Shown here: positions 24,817-34,526 of the stretch, in pieces | Numbering within the stretch: the stretch's first letter is position 1 | How the letters are laid out: the number at the start of each line of letters is the position of its first letter | Source of the DNA: Deltaproteobacteria bacterium | GTDB taxonomy: Bacteria; Myxococcota_A; Polyangia; JAAYKL01 | Length of the DNA: 64,000 bases | Reading direction: 5' to 3' | Assembly (NCBI GenBank): GCA_016935665.1 | Contig: JAFGQN010000070.1 | Span: forward strand, 378-64,377 | Made by a program: the position numbers and the translations under genes | Notes under the pieces: model-generated | Database searches by the model: none | What the model was told of the DNA's origin: nothing | Seen by the model: only the letters and a program-made list of their open reading frames with translations

Positions 24817-26544
24817 ATGACGAAAAAAATGACAACAGGCACGGTTGTGACGATTGACGGATCACTGGTACAGGTGGAGGTCTCTGACAGTGCCAGTATC
24901 GCAAAAGGCGAAATCGCCTACATCGTTCACGGCGACGAACGCATTCAGTCCGAGATTATCAAGATACGCGGTCAGATTGCCTTTATGCAGGTCTTCGAAG
25001 AGACCGATGGACTTTCTCTGGGAGAAACGGTCGAATTCACGGGTAAACAGCTCACTCTGGAGCTGGGCCCCGGACTGCTGGGGTCTGTTATCGACGGTCT
25101 GGGAAATCCGTTGAACCTTTTGTTTGAACAGTATGGCTATCAGTTGCTGCGTGGTAAAACGGCGCGCACCATTGATGGCGCAAAAAAATGGCCATTCAAG
25201 GCGACGGCCAAAGCGGGCGAGAAGGTGGCGGCCGGTGATACGGTCGGGGTAGCGCGTGAGGGCATTATTGATCACAAAATAATGGTTCCCTATACGTTGG
25301 CCGGCGAATACAAAATCGCGAATATTGTTGGCAACGGCGACTACAATCTGGATGATGACATCGCCACTCTCGAGGATGTGAAGTCGGGACGGAAGGAAAT
25401 CATCCGTTTGTCCTTCCTGCAGCCGGTCAAGGTGCCGGTGAAAATTGGCAGGCAGGTGATGCCAAAAGAATCCATGGTAACCAAAATGCGTATCATCGAT
25501 ACTCTTTTTCCCGTTGCCAAGGGATCCTCCTTTTGTATTCCCGGACCATTTGGCGCCGGCAAAACAGTGACCCAGCAGGCCATGGCGAAATTTTCTTCTG
25601 TTGATGTGGTGGTGGTTGCCGCCTGCGGCGAGCGTGCCGGTGAGGTGGTGGAAACAATTAAAGAATTTCCCGAATTACAGGATCCCAAGACCGGTCGTTC
25701 GCTTATGGAACGAACTGTGATTATCTGCAACACCAGTTCCATGCCTGTGGCAGCGCGTGAATCATCGGTGTACACCGCTGTGGCTGTGGGTGAGCACTAT
25801 CGCCAGATGGGATTGGATGTACTTCTTCTTGCGGACTCCACATCGCGCTGGGCGCAGGCGCTTCGTGAGCTTTCGGGGCGTCTGGAAGAAATTCCCGGCG
25901 AGGAAGCGTTTCCAGCCTATCTCGATACGCGACTTGCGGGATTTTACGGCCGCGCCGGTGCTTTGAAACTGAAAGATGGCAATATGGGAACGCTCACCAT
26001 TGGCGGTACGGTTTCCCCGGCGGGCGGAAGTTTTGATGAACCGGTGACCCAGGGGACATTGAGCGTGGTGCCCACTTTCCTTGGGCTGTCCCGTGCCCGC
26101 GGCGATGCGCGTCGTTTCCCGGCCATTGACCCGCTCGACAGTTATTCGAAGGTGAATGTCACGGTTCATCCTGCACAAACGATTCAGAAACTGCTGGCGA
26201 CATTGCGCCGGTCCGCTGAAATCAAAGAGATGATCGCAGTGACGGGTTTGGATGCGGTTTCAATGGATGATTATGTCATTTATCTTCAGGGGGAATTCGC
26301 GGACAGAGTCTATCTGCAGCAGAACGCGTTTGACGACGTGGATGCGGCCTGCCCCGTGGAACGTCAGAAAGAAGCGCTCGATGTGGTGCTTCATTATCTG
26401 GACAAGAAGGATTACGGTTTTGAGGATAAGAAAGCGGCCAACTCATTTTTCCGCAGACTGATGGGAGAATTTGTTACCTGGAACAGCCAGGCCTTTAACA
26501 GTGCCGAATACAAAACGACAAAAGCGAAGTTTTTAGCCGCGTGA
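24817..26544 (+). CDS. ntpA: V/A-type ATP synthase catalytic subunit A
   Basis: Walker A is GPFGAGKTV. Also LLLADSTSRWAQALRELSGRLEEIPGEEAFPAYL and IGGTVSPAGGSFDEPVTQ. Size is 575 aa. Confidence 0.95.
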   Translation: MTKKMTTGTVVTIDGSLVQVEVSDSASIAKGEIAYIVHGDERIQSEIIKIRGQIAFMQVFEETDGLSLGETVEFTGKQLTLELGPGLLGSVIDGLGNPLNLLFEQYGYQLLRGKTARTIDGAKKWPFKATAKAGEKVAAGDTVGVAREGIIDHKIMVPYTLAGEYKIANIVGNGDYNLDDDIATLEDVKSGRKEIIRLSFLQPVKVPVKIGRQVMPKESMVTKMRIIDTLFPVAKGSSFCIPGPFGAGKTVTQQAMAKFSSVDVVVVAACGERAGEVVETIKEFPELQDPKTGRSLMERTVIICNTSSMPVAARESSVYTAVAVGEHYRQMGLDVLLLADSTSRWAQALRELSGRLEEIPGEEAFPAYLDTRLAGFYGRAGALKLKDGNMGTLTIGGTVSPAGGSFDEPVTQGTLSVVPTFLGLSRARGDARRFPAIDPLDSYSKVNVTVHPAQTIQKLLATLRRSAEIKEMIAVTGLDAVSMDDYVIYLQGEFADRVYLQQNAFDDVDAACPVERQKEALDVVLHYLDKKDYGFEDKKAANSFFRRLMGEFVTWNSQAFNSAEYKTTKAKFLAA

Positions 26545-26562
26545 CTACATAAGGGGTAAACG

Positions 26563-27876
26563 ATGCAAGAATCTGCGATAGTACAACCTGTCAGAACAAT
26601 TCAAACGCGCATTGACGCGGTAAACGGTGACATTATCACGGTGAAGGCCAACGCTGGAGTTGCGGTGGGAGATATGGCAAATGTGGGTGGCGCCAAGGCG
26701 ATTGTGGTGAAACTAGACCGCGGTGAAGCCTTTTTGCAAATGCTGGATGGTGCGCGTGGTGTATTCACCGAAAACGAAATCACCTTTTCAGGCCGTTCAC
26801 AGCGTGTGGCCTGCAGCGAAGCCGTGTTGGGTCGTGTATTCAACGGTATGGGGGAGCCCATCGATAACGGCCCGGCAGTAACCGAAAATGAGCAGTCGAT
26901 CATTACGCCGTCGATTAACCCGGCGTCCAGAAAGGTGCCCGATAACATGGTTCGAACGGGTATCCCCATGATTGATGTGTTTAATTCTCTGGTGGAAAGT
27001 CAAAAGATACCAATTTTCACTACATCTCAGGAGCCCTACAACAAATTGATGGTGCGAATCGCGCTGAATACGGATGCGGATGTGGTTATCCTCGGTGGAA
27101 TCGGTATGCGTTTTGAAGATTACGATTTTTATAAAACATCGCTCGAAGAAGGTGGTGTGTTCAGTAAATGTGCCTTCTATATGCATCAGGCCCAGGACTC
27201 ACCACTGATTGCGCTGCAGGTGCCGGATGCCTGTCTGACCGTATCGGAATATTTTGCGCGTCAGGGCAAGCGTGTGCTCGTGATTCTCGACGATATGACC
27301 AAATTCGCCGACGCCATGAAGGAAGTGGCCAACGCAATGGATCGTATTCCTGCCAACCGGTCATATCCCGGCGACCTGTATACACAGCTGGCCAAACGAT
27401 ATGAAAAAGCGGTGGCTTTCACGGATGGCGGTTCGGTAACAATCATGGGGGTTACCACAATGCCCAGCAATGACGTGACCCATCCGGTGCCTGACAATAC
27501 CGGATATATCACGGAAGGGCAGTTCTATCTCAACAGGAGCGTTATTCAGCTGGCAGGATCACTGAGTCGATTGAAGCAGCAGGTCAATAAAAAGACCCGC
27601 AGCGATCACGCGCCCATTGCCGACTATTGCGCCGGATTGTATGCGGATTGTGCGGAGGTTCGGGAGTTGAAAAGCATGGGATTCAAAATTGAAGAGTTTC
27701 AGGAAAAGCTGCTGACATTTGGCGAGAAATTCGAGGCTCGGATTATGGATCTTTCCGTGGCCATGCCACTTGAGAATGCACTTGACGAAATCTGGAAGAT
27801 TTTGGCTGAGACGTTTACTCGCGAAGAGGTAACTCTCAAAGGGCAACTGGTTGATAAATACTGGCCTGCTGTGTAG
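26563..27876 (+). CDS. ntpB: V/A-type ATP synthase subunit B
   Basis: A/B-family fold without a canonical P-loop Lys. Motifs: RIPANRSYPGDLYTQLAKRYEKA and TTMPSNDVTHPVPDNTGYITEGQ. It directly follows subunit A. Confidence 0.95.
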   Translation: MQESAIVQPVRTIQTRIDAVNGDIITVKANAGVAVGDMANVGGAKAIVVKLDRGEAFLQMLDGARGVFTENEITFSGRSQRVACSEAVLGRVFNGMGEPIDNGPAVTENEQSIITPSINPASRKVPDNMVRTGIPMIDVFNSLVESQKIPIFTTSQEPYNKLMVRIALNTDADVVILGGIGMRFEDYDFYKTSLEEGGVFSKCAFYMHQAQDSPLIALQVPDACLTVSEYFARQGKRVLVILDDMTKFADAMKEVANAMDRIPANRSYPGDLYTQLAKRYEKAVAFTDGGSVTIMGVTTMPSNDVTHPVPDNTGYITEGQFYLNRSVIQLAGSLSRLKQQVNKKTRSDHAPIADYCAGLYADCAEVRELKSMGFKIEEFQEKLLTFGEKFEARIMDLSVAMPLENALDEIWKILAETFTREEVTLKGQLVDKYWPAV

Positions 27877-27896
27877 GCGTAGCAAGGAGAAATTCG

Positions 27897-28499
27897 ATGA
27901 CAGAAAAAAATCTCGCGCTCCTGGTGGAAGAACTTAAGAAAAACGGTGTGGATAAGGGAAATCAGGAAGCCGAAAAGATATTGGAAGCGGCAAAAAAAGA
28001 AGGCGACAGCATTATTGCGAAAGCAAAAAGTGAGGCAGACAATACAATCGCAAAAGCAAAAGCGGATGCGGAATCTATAAAGAGAATGGCGAATTCGAGT
28101 GCGAAGCAGGCGGGGGTAAGCCTGATTACCTCCCTCAAACAGTCGGTCAATGCGTTGCTCGGTGATGCATTGGGGGCGATTGTCAAAAACGCCATGAACG
28201 ATGACGCCATGGTTGAGAAAATGCTTGTTTCGTTTGCGCAGAATCTTTCTCCGGATACGAAGGCCACTGTTACGGTGAGCGATAGTGTCGATATTGATAA
28301 ACTGACAAAGGCGGTGTTTGCGAAAGTCGGCAATGAGCTCGGTAAAGGGCTGGTCATTCAGTCCGCGCCAGGCTTCCCGGGAATCAGCGTTCAGAAACAG
28401 GGTCAATCGGTGAAATACGAGCTGACAGAAGATTTGATTAAAGAAATGATCGCGCCGTTCCTGTCCGAACGGACTGAATCGATGCTGTTTTCGAAGTAA
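27897..28499 (+). CDS. ntpE: V/A-type ATP synthase subunit E (peripheral stalk)
   Basis: 200 aa. It has a long N-terminal charged helix (EAEKILEAAKKEGDSIIAKAKSEADNTIAKAKADAESIKR) and a globular C-domain. The operon position fits. Confidence 0.75.
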   Translation: MTEKNLALLVEELKKNGVDKGNQEAEKILEAAKKEGDSIIAKAKSEADNTIAKAKADAESIKRMANSSAKQAGVSLITSLKQSVNALLGDALGAIVKNAMNDDAMVEKMLVSFAQNLSPDTKATVTVSDSVDIDKLTKAVFAKVGNELGKGLVIQSAPGFPGISVQKQGQSVKYELTEDLIKEMIAPFLSERTESMLFSK

Positions 28500-28508
28500 G
28501 GGGGACGC

Positions 28509-29006
28509 ATGGGCTTTGAAGAACTGTTTCCACTCTTTCCCAAACTGGAATGGGAGATGGAAAAATGTCCGGAGCCGGAGGACTTTTTCGAAGAGGCGCG
28601 GATTTGGATTCCTGAAGATCAGGTGCAGTGGCTTGAGATGGTGTGTCGTGGTGAGTTGGGTAAGGTGAACCTCCATGATTGTGAAATCCTTGCTGATGTT
28701 GCGGAATTCTTTGCGCGTATCAGAGTGGAACTTGAACTGCTGCGACAAAATAAAAGCGGGACATCCATCCTCCCCCCAGGTTTTATCCGGGAAAACAATC
28801 CGCTGGAACGTGAGGAAAAGTTATTGCGCCTGCGTTGGGAGTTTATTGAGGAACAAAAGGCGCCCGAGAATGACTGGGGTTTGCGTGCGGTATTCATGTA
28901 CATGCTGCAACTGACAATATTGATTCGTCGCTCCAGTTTTATTCGGGATGAAGGCGAAAAAATGTTTCACAAACTGTGTGAAGTTGCCCGGCAGAAGGCG
29001 GCCTGA
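28509..29006 (+). CDS. DUF2764-like accessory protein of Bacteroidota/Chlamydia-type V-ATPase operons (tentative)
   Basis: The C-terminal pattern LLRLRWEFIEEQKAPENDWGLRAVFMYMLQLTILIRRSSFIRDEGEKMF matches my recollection of the DUF2764 ending. At 165 aa it is shorter than typical members. Its stop overlaps the next start (TGATATG). Confidence 0.55.
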   Translation: MGFEELFPLFPKLEWEMEKCPEPEDFFEEARIWIPEDQVQWLEMVCRGELGKVNLHDCEILADVAEFFARIRVELELLRQNKSGTSILPPGFIRENNPLEREEKLLRLRWEFIEEQKAPENDWGLRAVFMYMLQLTILIRRSSFIRDEGEKMFHKLCEVARQKAA

Positions 29007-29007
29007 T

Positions 29008-29619
29008 ATGGCAGGAAAAAAAGTACAGAAAAACCGCGTTGCGCTGAGCGGGATGAAAAAGAAAATGGCAAGTCTTAAAAAGTATTTGCCGGTTTTCGAG
29101 AAACAGCGCGCCGCCCTCAATCGAATGCTGCAGGATGAGGAAACGATCTATCACAAGTTGGCCATTGAGCGTCAGAAACTTCTTGACAGTATTGATCCCT
29201 GGATTGCTCTGTTCAATGATGTTGAGGTGGATGTCTCTGAGTTTATTCGATTGAAAGCAGTCAATATCTCAAAGGAAAACATTTTTGGAACCACCGTGCC
29301 CTGTTTTGATAGTGTTGAGTTCGATGAATTCCAAATCGATTTTCACTTCTATCCCTTTTGGATTGAAGAGGGAATTGCGGCTGTCAAGAATGTGGTTGAA
29401 ACAGATGCGCGTCTGAGAGTTTCCAAAGAACGCATGGACGCTATTCGTCGCGGATATGAGCAGGCCAATCAGAAGGTGAATCTGTTTGACAAAAAGCTGA
29501 TTCCCGAAACGGAAGAGGCCATCCGTGAAATAAAGACCGCTCTTGATGCTCAGGGGGTTGCAGCAATTGTAATTGCCAAGAGTGCCAAGAAGCTTCAGGA
29601 AAGGAAGAGTGCCGCATGA
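29008..29619 (+). CDS. ntpD: V/A-type ATP synthase subunit D (central stalk)
   Basis: The ORF is open from 28948, but ATG 29008 abuts the previous stop. The N-terminus is KNRVALSGMKKKMASLKKYLPVFEKQRAALNRML, followed by a long helical hairpin. About 200 aa. Confidence 0.8.
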   Translation: MAGKKVQKNRVALSGMKKKMASLKKYLPVFEKQRAALNRMLQDEETIYHKLAIERQKLLDSIDPWIALFNDVEVDVSEFIRLKAVNISKENIFGTTVPCFDSVEFDEFQIDFHFYPFWIEEGIAAVKNVVETDARLRVSKERMDAIRRGYEQANQKVNLFDKKLIPETEEAIREIKTALDAQGVAAIVIAKSAKKLQERKSAA

Positions 29620-31397
29620 TTGTACCTATGAAAAAGGTTACGTTGCTCTTCAAAAATCAGTCTGACGCGGATGCCCATGCCATTGTGGAAAACCTTCGTG
29701 ATTTTGGCGCTTTCCATTTTGGGCTCGGTGACGAAACCACAACCATGCTGGCGCAAATGGAAGAAGCGCTTGCCATTATGCAGCAGCATGGCGATCCGCA
29801 GGCTCAGGAATTTGGTGCACGTGAGAAAAACGCCGAGTACTACACCATGCGGATTTTACACCTGACCGGGGAAGTGAACAGTACCCGGGCCAAGCTTGCT
29901 CAGCTTCAGGATGTGGAGGAATGGTATAAACACTGGAGCGATGTGTCCATTCAGGCCGTCAGGGAAATCGCGGAACATGGACGTTATGTGAAATTGTTTG
30001 AGATGGCACTTGGCGATTTCAAAAACTTCAACGCGTCCGCCGTGGAAGATTTGTTTGTGGTTGGCCGGGATACCAAGGTTGTCAGAATGGCGCTTATTTC
30101 CAGCAGCGCGGATGCTGCGCTGGAAAACGCCACAGAAGTGTCATTGCCGGATTTTGAAGTGACCGATTTGCGCAAAGAAGAAGAACATCTGCTGGCGCAA
30201 TTGAATCAGTTCGAAGCAGACCTGCATCGGTTGACCGGACGGATGCACATCATTTCAAAGGAATTGGCGGAGGAAAGGTACCGCATTCAGTTTTACCAGG
30301 TAAAATCGTTCCTCAGCGCGGTGGATGAGATTTCCGATGTCTCCTATATCGAAGGGTATATTCCCCAGGACACAGTGACTGAATTTAAAAAAATGGTCGA
30401 AGCCAATAACTGGGGCTTCCGGATGGACGATCCCGATGAAACGGACCATCCGCCAACCCTTCTGCGCAATCCTAAGTTTGTGGAGCCGGTGTATATGCTT
30501 TACAAGTTCCTCGGCATGCGTATCGGCTATAGAGAAATGGATGTGAGTTTCATGTTTATTCTCTTTTATACGGTCATCACGGGATTGCTGGTTGGGGACG
30601 CGGGATATGGGTTTATCTATCTGGGATTAACCGCATTTGCGCATCTGAAATTGAAGGGAAAAGCGGATTCCCGCTATTTCCAACTGGGATATTTGCTATC
30701 CAGTTCCATCATCGTGTTTGGCGCACTTTCAGGGGTATGGTTCGGGTCTGCTACTCTTGCCGGATTGCCGGGATTAAGGGATATGACAGTGCCCCAACTG
30801 GCGGCGTTTGATTTGGAAACCGGCAAAATGAGCAACTCTATCCAGATAATGATGCAAATCGGTTTTGCGCTGGGTATTATCCATCTGTCCATAGGCCACA
30901 TCATGAAGGGCTGGCAGAGACGAAAAACATTGGAAATCATTGGGCATGCCGCATATATCGTGTTTCTGTACTGCATCTACAAGGTTATTTGTTTCCTGAT
31001 TTTCAAAGAAGATCTACCCGTTTATCTGACGCCGGCTCTCGCAGTGAGCATCCCGCTGATGTTTGTTTTCAGCAATGCCAGTCAGGGGATCGTGGCAGGG
31101 ATGAAATCGCAGACAGCCACTTTTATTTTCGACCTCATAGGTGGATTCTCGGATTTAATTTCATATATACGAATTCCCATCGTTGGGCTGGTCACAGTTG
31201 TGTTGGGAATGTTGTTCAATCTGTTATCTGTGGGCGCTGTTCTTGGACACGCGTTCGGACTGATTTTGGCGGTCATGGGTGTATTGATTCACGCTACCCG
31301 TCTCAAAGCAATGGAATTTAGCAATCACGCCGGTATGGAATGGAACGGCGAATGGTATAAGCCGTTTGTCGGTAAGGAGAAAAAGCAATGGATATGA
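29616..31397 (+). CDS. ntpI: V/A-type ATP synthase subunit I (a-subunit, membrane stator)
   Basis: 593 aa, with a soluble coiled N-half and a C-half with multiple TM helices. There is a 4-nt ATGA overlap with ntpD. Confidence 0.85.
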   Translation: MIVPMKKVTLLFKNQSDADAHAIVENLRDFGAFHFGLGDETTTMLAQMEEALAIMQQHGDPQAQEFGAREKNAEYYTMRILHLTGEVNSTRAKLAQLQDVEEWYKHWSDVSIQAVREIAEHGRYVKLFEMALGDFKNFNASAVEDLFVVGRDTKVVRMALISSSADAALENATEVSLPDFEVTDLRKEEEHLLAQLNQFEADLHRLTGRMHIISKELAEERYRIQFYQVKSFLSAVDEISDVSYIEGYIPQDTVTEFKKMVEANNWGFRMDDPDETDHPPTLLRNPKFVEPVYMLYKFLGMRIGYREMDVSFMFILFYTVITGLLVGDAGYGFIYLGLTAFAHLKLKGKADSRYFQLGYLLSSSIIVFGALSGVWFGSATLAGLPGLRDMTVPQLAAFDLETGKMSNSIQIMMQIGFALGIIHLSIGHIMKGWQRRKTLEIIGHAAYIVFLYCIYKVICFLIFKEDLPVYLTPALAVSIPLMFVFSNASQGIVAGMKSQTATFIFDLIGGFSDLISYIRIPIVGLVTVVLGMLFNLLSVGAVLGHAFGLILAVMGVLIHATRLKAMEFSNHAGMEWNGEWYKPFVGKEKKQWI

Positions 31398-31825
31398 TTC
31401 TTTTTAATGCAGCAGCAGTGGTAATGGGACTTTCTTTGGCCGGATCAGCCGGAGGGTTGCACTACTGCAAAGCCCTCACTACCGCTGAAATGAGCAACAT
31501 TCAAAACTCCCGGAAAACAGCCGGTTCTTTGAAGATTTTCGCGTATGCACCAATGAGCCAGGCGCTGTACGGAATTGTTCTGTTTTTCATTATTATGGGT
31601 CTTGAGCCTGGAGCAATGACCGCAGAAAACAATATTTTGCCGGCGGCATTTGCGATTGGTTTGGCCAACATGGCGTCCGCATTCTTTCAGGGTGTTGTCA
31701 GCGCGCGCACCATCGACATGATCAATAAAACCGGTGAAATCGGTTCCGGCTTCCTCAATATTGGTATCGTTGAATCCATGGCGATTTTTGGTACCGGTCT
31801 TACCATCTATTCTTTGATGCAATAG
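31388..31825 (+). CDS. ntpK: V/A-type ATP synthase proteolipid subunit K (c-ring)
   Basis: 145 aa with very hydrophobic G/A-rich helices. It overlaps the ntpI end and is the last gene of the operon. Confidence 0.85.
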   Translation: MDMILFNAAAVVMGLSLAGSAGGLHYCKALTTAEMSNIQNSRKTAGSLKIFAYAPMSQALYGIVLFFIIMGLEPGAMTAENNILPAAFAIGLANMASAFFQGVVSARTIDMINKTGEIGSGFLNIGIVESMAIFGTGLTIYSLMQ

Positions 31826-31846
31826 CTAAACGACAGCCACAGACAT

Positions 31847-31867
31847 TGCAGGTTCAGATGAACTGCA
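31847..31867 (+). terminator. weak hairpin after ntpK
   Basis: TGCAG(G)TTC-agat-GAACTGCA: an 8-bp stem with one bulge, followed by a T-containing stretch (gcattgttcgtattc). Not a canonical U tract. Confidence 0.3.
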
Positions 31868-32090
31868 GCATTGTTCGTATTCGAGGAGAATTTGACCAAT
31901 CCACTCAGTCGTTCGTTCGTTTACTAATTTATTCAGTATTGATGTAATTGAAATGATTTCGCAGAAATGTTTATGATTTTTTGTGCGTTCTCAAGGCAGA
32001 ATGCTACTGTTCACTGCTTTTCCACGCAGAAACTTGAGATATCACCGGAAATGCTGGTAGGTATCGGTTAGTAGCGTTTGAAAGGTATTT

Positions 32091-34502
32091 ATGAGACACT
32101 TTTGTATTGTATTTCTATCTGCATTGATTGCTTTGGCCTGTGGCGGCGAAAAAAATACCGCTCCAAAACAGACAAAAGCATCTGATACGTCCGCAACATC
32201 ATCCCCTTCGATGGATACCGCCGCTTCTTTAAAGGGAACTCTCGAAAAAGGAGACGATGAGCCCGAACCTCCCCCCGAGGGGCGAACCGTTTTGGCGTTT
32301 CGCAATGGAAAAATGGAGAAACTGGTGGAGAGTCAGGCGCATGACGCTGGGTTGACTGTTATTGATTTGAGCAATTATTGGGTGCCGTTCCTGTTTTCGG
32401 AACGCAGCAATGACGCCGAGGAGCGTAAACCCAATACCTATCGCCCCATTTTTCGCAAACTGGCCAATGACTGGCCCTATTTGCCGCCATCACTGGCGGA
32501 GGCCAAGCGTCTTCACGACGAACAGCGGGCACGGGTGCAAAGAGCCCGAATCGCAGCGTTGCGGGCCGAAGGGGTGAGTGAGGAGGATATTCGCGAGCGA
32601 TTGGGACTCAAGGCACCTTTGAAAAAAACGGATACGGATTCGGATTCCGAAGACGACACTGATACTGAAACCGATGAGATTCCTGAAGAGGAAGCGGATC
32701 CCGAGCACAGCGGCGCGGGAGATGCGGAGCATTATCTGGAAGTGTATGGCATCCTTCCGTCTCTGTCCGTGTTGCGGCGTCGCGCCGTGGAGGAGATTGG
32801 AAAAGATTGTTATAACGACGTGAACTACAAGGCCATTCAGGCGTTCGATGGATTTCTGGCGTATCGCTCCAATGACCAGGCCAGAAGCGAGATGAAACGC
32901 ACCCGCAGTTTTGCTGTGAAGATGCGAAAAGAGATGGAGCGGCTGGGAGTCACCGACGCCGCGCTTTTATTCGATCATCCCAATAACAAACAATCGAAAA
33001 AGCTGATTGAACTGGGCATTCAGTATGAGGCCCTGGTGGAAGCGCAAAAAGAGTTGCTGTGCGAGGGGCTGTATGAGGACGGAGATACGGATAAATTTAC
33101 TTCGGGTGGACTGGATTGGCGCACTCATGAAGCCCTGGTGAAGTTTGAGCGAAAGAATCGCATTTTCGGCTGGGGATATTTGGGCGGAGATACGTTGCAG
33201 GCCCTTGGCAAATCCAGGGAAGCCCGGTTGTACGAAACGTTTGTGCGGGTCATCAATGAGCGTGTGGTGGACGCCACTGAGATTATCGAGGACGGCACAG
33301 CGCTGAACGCAAAAGGTGAGCCGGCCACATACAAAGACGAGAGCGGCCAGGAGCAGAGGGTGCCCAATCTGGTGGCCGAATTCACCGCATTGACATTGAA
33401 ACACATGGATTTGGGAACGCCGGACAAGGTGGTGGCGTTTTTGAAATCATTCACCGATGAGACTCTCGATACACTTTATGTCGCCGTTCCATTGCCAAAG
33501 CTGCCCCCGTATTACAGCGATGAAATGGATTTCCACGCTGAAATCGATCGCGGTGATGTGTGGTACGAATACCCGTACACCATGGAGGGCAAACAGAAAG
33601 GCCAGCCGCGCAGGCAAATGCCCACCACAACGTTGTATGTAAAATGGAACGGGCAGGATATTCCGTTGGTGCGCATGAACACCACCATTGGCTCGTGGCG
33701 CACGGAGCTGGCGCCGGATGGGTACGAGTATTTCAAATACAAAAATTCGGACGTAGGCCAAAGGGTCTGGAAAGATATTGTAGCGGGTCCGGTATGGATG
33801 CCACCGGACAGCACGCCCATTGGCGATTTGACGAAAAAGGTATCGTACCGCCATCAGCTTTACGAAGTCCCCAATTACAGTGAGTTTGGACCGGGGTATG
33901 CGTCGGCATACGGTCTGGTGGCCGCTTTCCACTATCGACAGGTGGAGAAAAAGGATGGCAGCTTCAGGTACCTGGATAATGGTATCCGCAGTCATGGGTC
34001 GGTGGATTACAACTCGATTTTAAGGCGGTATTCCCATGGCTGTCATCGGCTGTACAACCATTTGGCCATTCGTCTTTTCAATTTTGTGATTCACCACAAG
34101 AAGTTCGAGCGCGTGGGGCAGATTCCGGCGGGATACAGTCGTATCATCACCACTAAAGATGAGGAAACCGAAGAGGAAAACACTTTTACCATTAAACTGG
34201 ATACTCGCGGGTATAAGTACGAACTGGTGAATCCGGTTCCCGTGATGGTGCACGAAGGTACAATTCGCGGCCATCAGAAGACGGTGATTGAAGGATATAT
34301 GCCCAAGCCCAACGAAACGTATGGCCCCGATGCGGAGTATCTGCCATCGGAGTATGAGTTCCTTAAAGACGGTGGGGATACGGATTCCAGCACCGATACG
34401 GATTCGAGTACCGAGGCAAAAGGGGATACGTCCACCAGTACATCAACGTCCACAGCATTATCAGCAAAGGATACCGGAACCGGGACATCCGCACCGCAAT
34501 AG
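32091..34502 (+). CDS. large lipoprotein with L,D-transpeptidase (YkuD)-like catalytic motif and acidic/T-S-rich segments
   Basis: Lipobox FLSALIALAC|GG. The candidate YkuD active site is IRSHGSVDYNSILRRYSHGCHRLYN (H...S-x-G-C-x-R). There are TDTDSDSEDDTDTETD and C-terminal DTDSSTDTDSSTE tracts. Confidence 0.75.
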   Translation: MRHFCIVFLSALIALACGGEKNTAPKQTKASDTSATSSPSMDTAASLKGTLEKGDDEPEPPPEGRTVLAFRNGKMEKLVESQAHDAGLTVIDLSNYWVPFLFSERSNDAEERKPNTYRPIFRKLANDWPYLPPSLAEAKRLHDEQRARVQRARIAALRAEGVSEEDIRERLGLKAPLKKTDTDSDSEDDTDTETDEIPEEEADPEHSGAGDAEHYLEVYGILPSLSVLRRRAVEEIGKDCYNDVNYKAIQAFDGFLAYRSNDQARSEMKRTRSFAVKMRKEMERLGVTDAALLFDHPNNKQSKKLIELGIQYEALVEAQKELLCEGLYEDGDTDKFTSGGLDWRTHEALVKFERKNRIFGWGYLGGDTLQALGKSREARLYETFVRVINERVVDATEIIEDGTALNAKGEPATYKDESGQEQRVPNLVAEFTALTLKHMDLGTPDKVVAFLKSFTDETLDTLYVAVPLPKLPPYYSDEMDFHAEIDRGDVWYEYPYTMEGKQKGQPRRQMPTTTLYVKWNGQDIPLVRMNTTIGSWRTELAPDGYEYFKYKNSDVGQRVWKDIVAGPVWMPPDSTPIGDLTKKVSYRHQLYEVPNYSEFGPGYASAYGLVAAFHYRQVEKKDGSFRYLDNGIRSHGSVDYNSILRRYSHGCHRLYNHLAIRLFNFVIHHKKFERVGQIPAGYSRIITTKDEETEEENTFTIKLDTRGYKYELVNPVPVMVHEGTIRGHQKTVIEGYMPKPNETYGPDAEYLPSEYEFLKDGGDTDSSTDTDSSTEAKGDTSTSTSTSTALSAKDTGTGTSAPQ

Positions 34503-34526
34503 CGGGTGTTCCATTTATCTCAGCCC

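Noticed and set aside
27699-28748. 349-aa minus-strand ORF across the V-ATPase B/E/DUF2764-like genes, plus similar long antisense ORFs. These include 36050..36982 (310 aa), 39545..40408 (287 aa), 15973..16749 (258 aa), 20088..20657 (189 aa) and 5811..6272.
   Set aside because: Each lies opposite an ORF with unmistakable family motifs (ATPase subunits, CNNM/CBS, AspRS, Kelch, AAA+). Their products are R/H/C/F-rich with no motifs. They are typical shadow ORFs of moderately GC-rich coding DNA.
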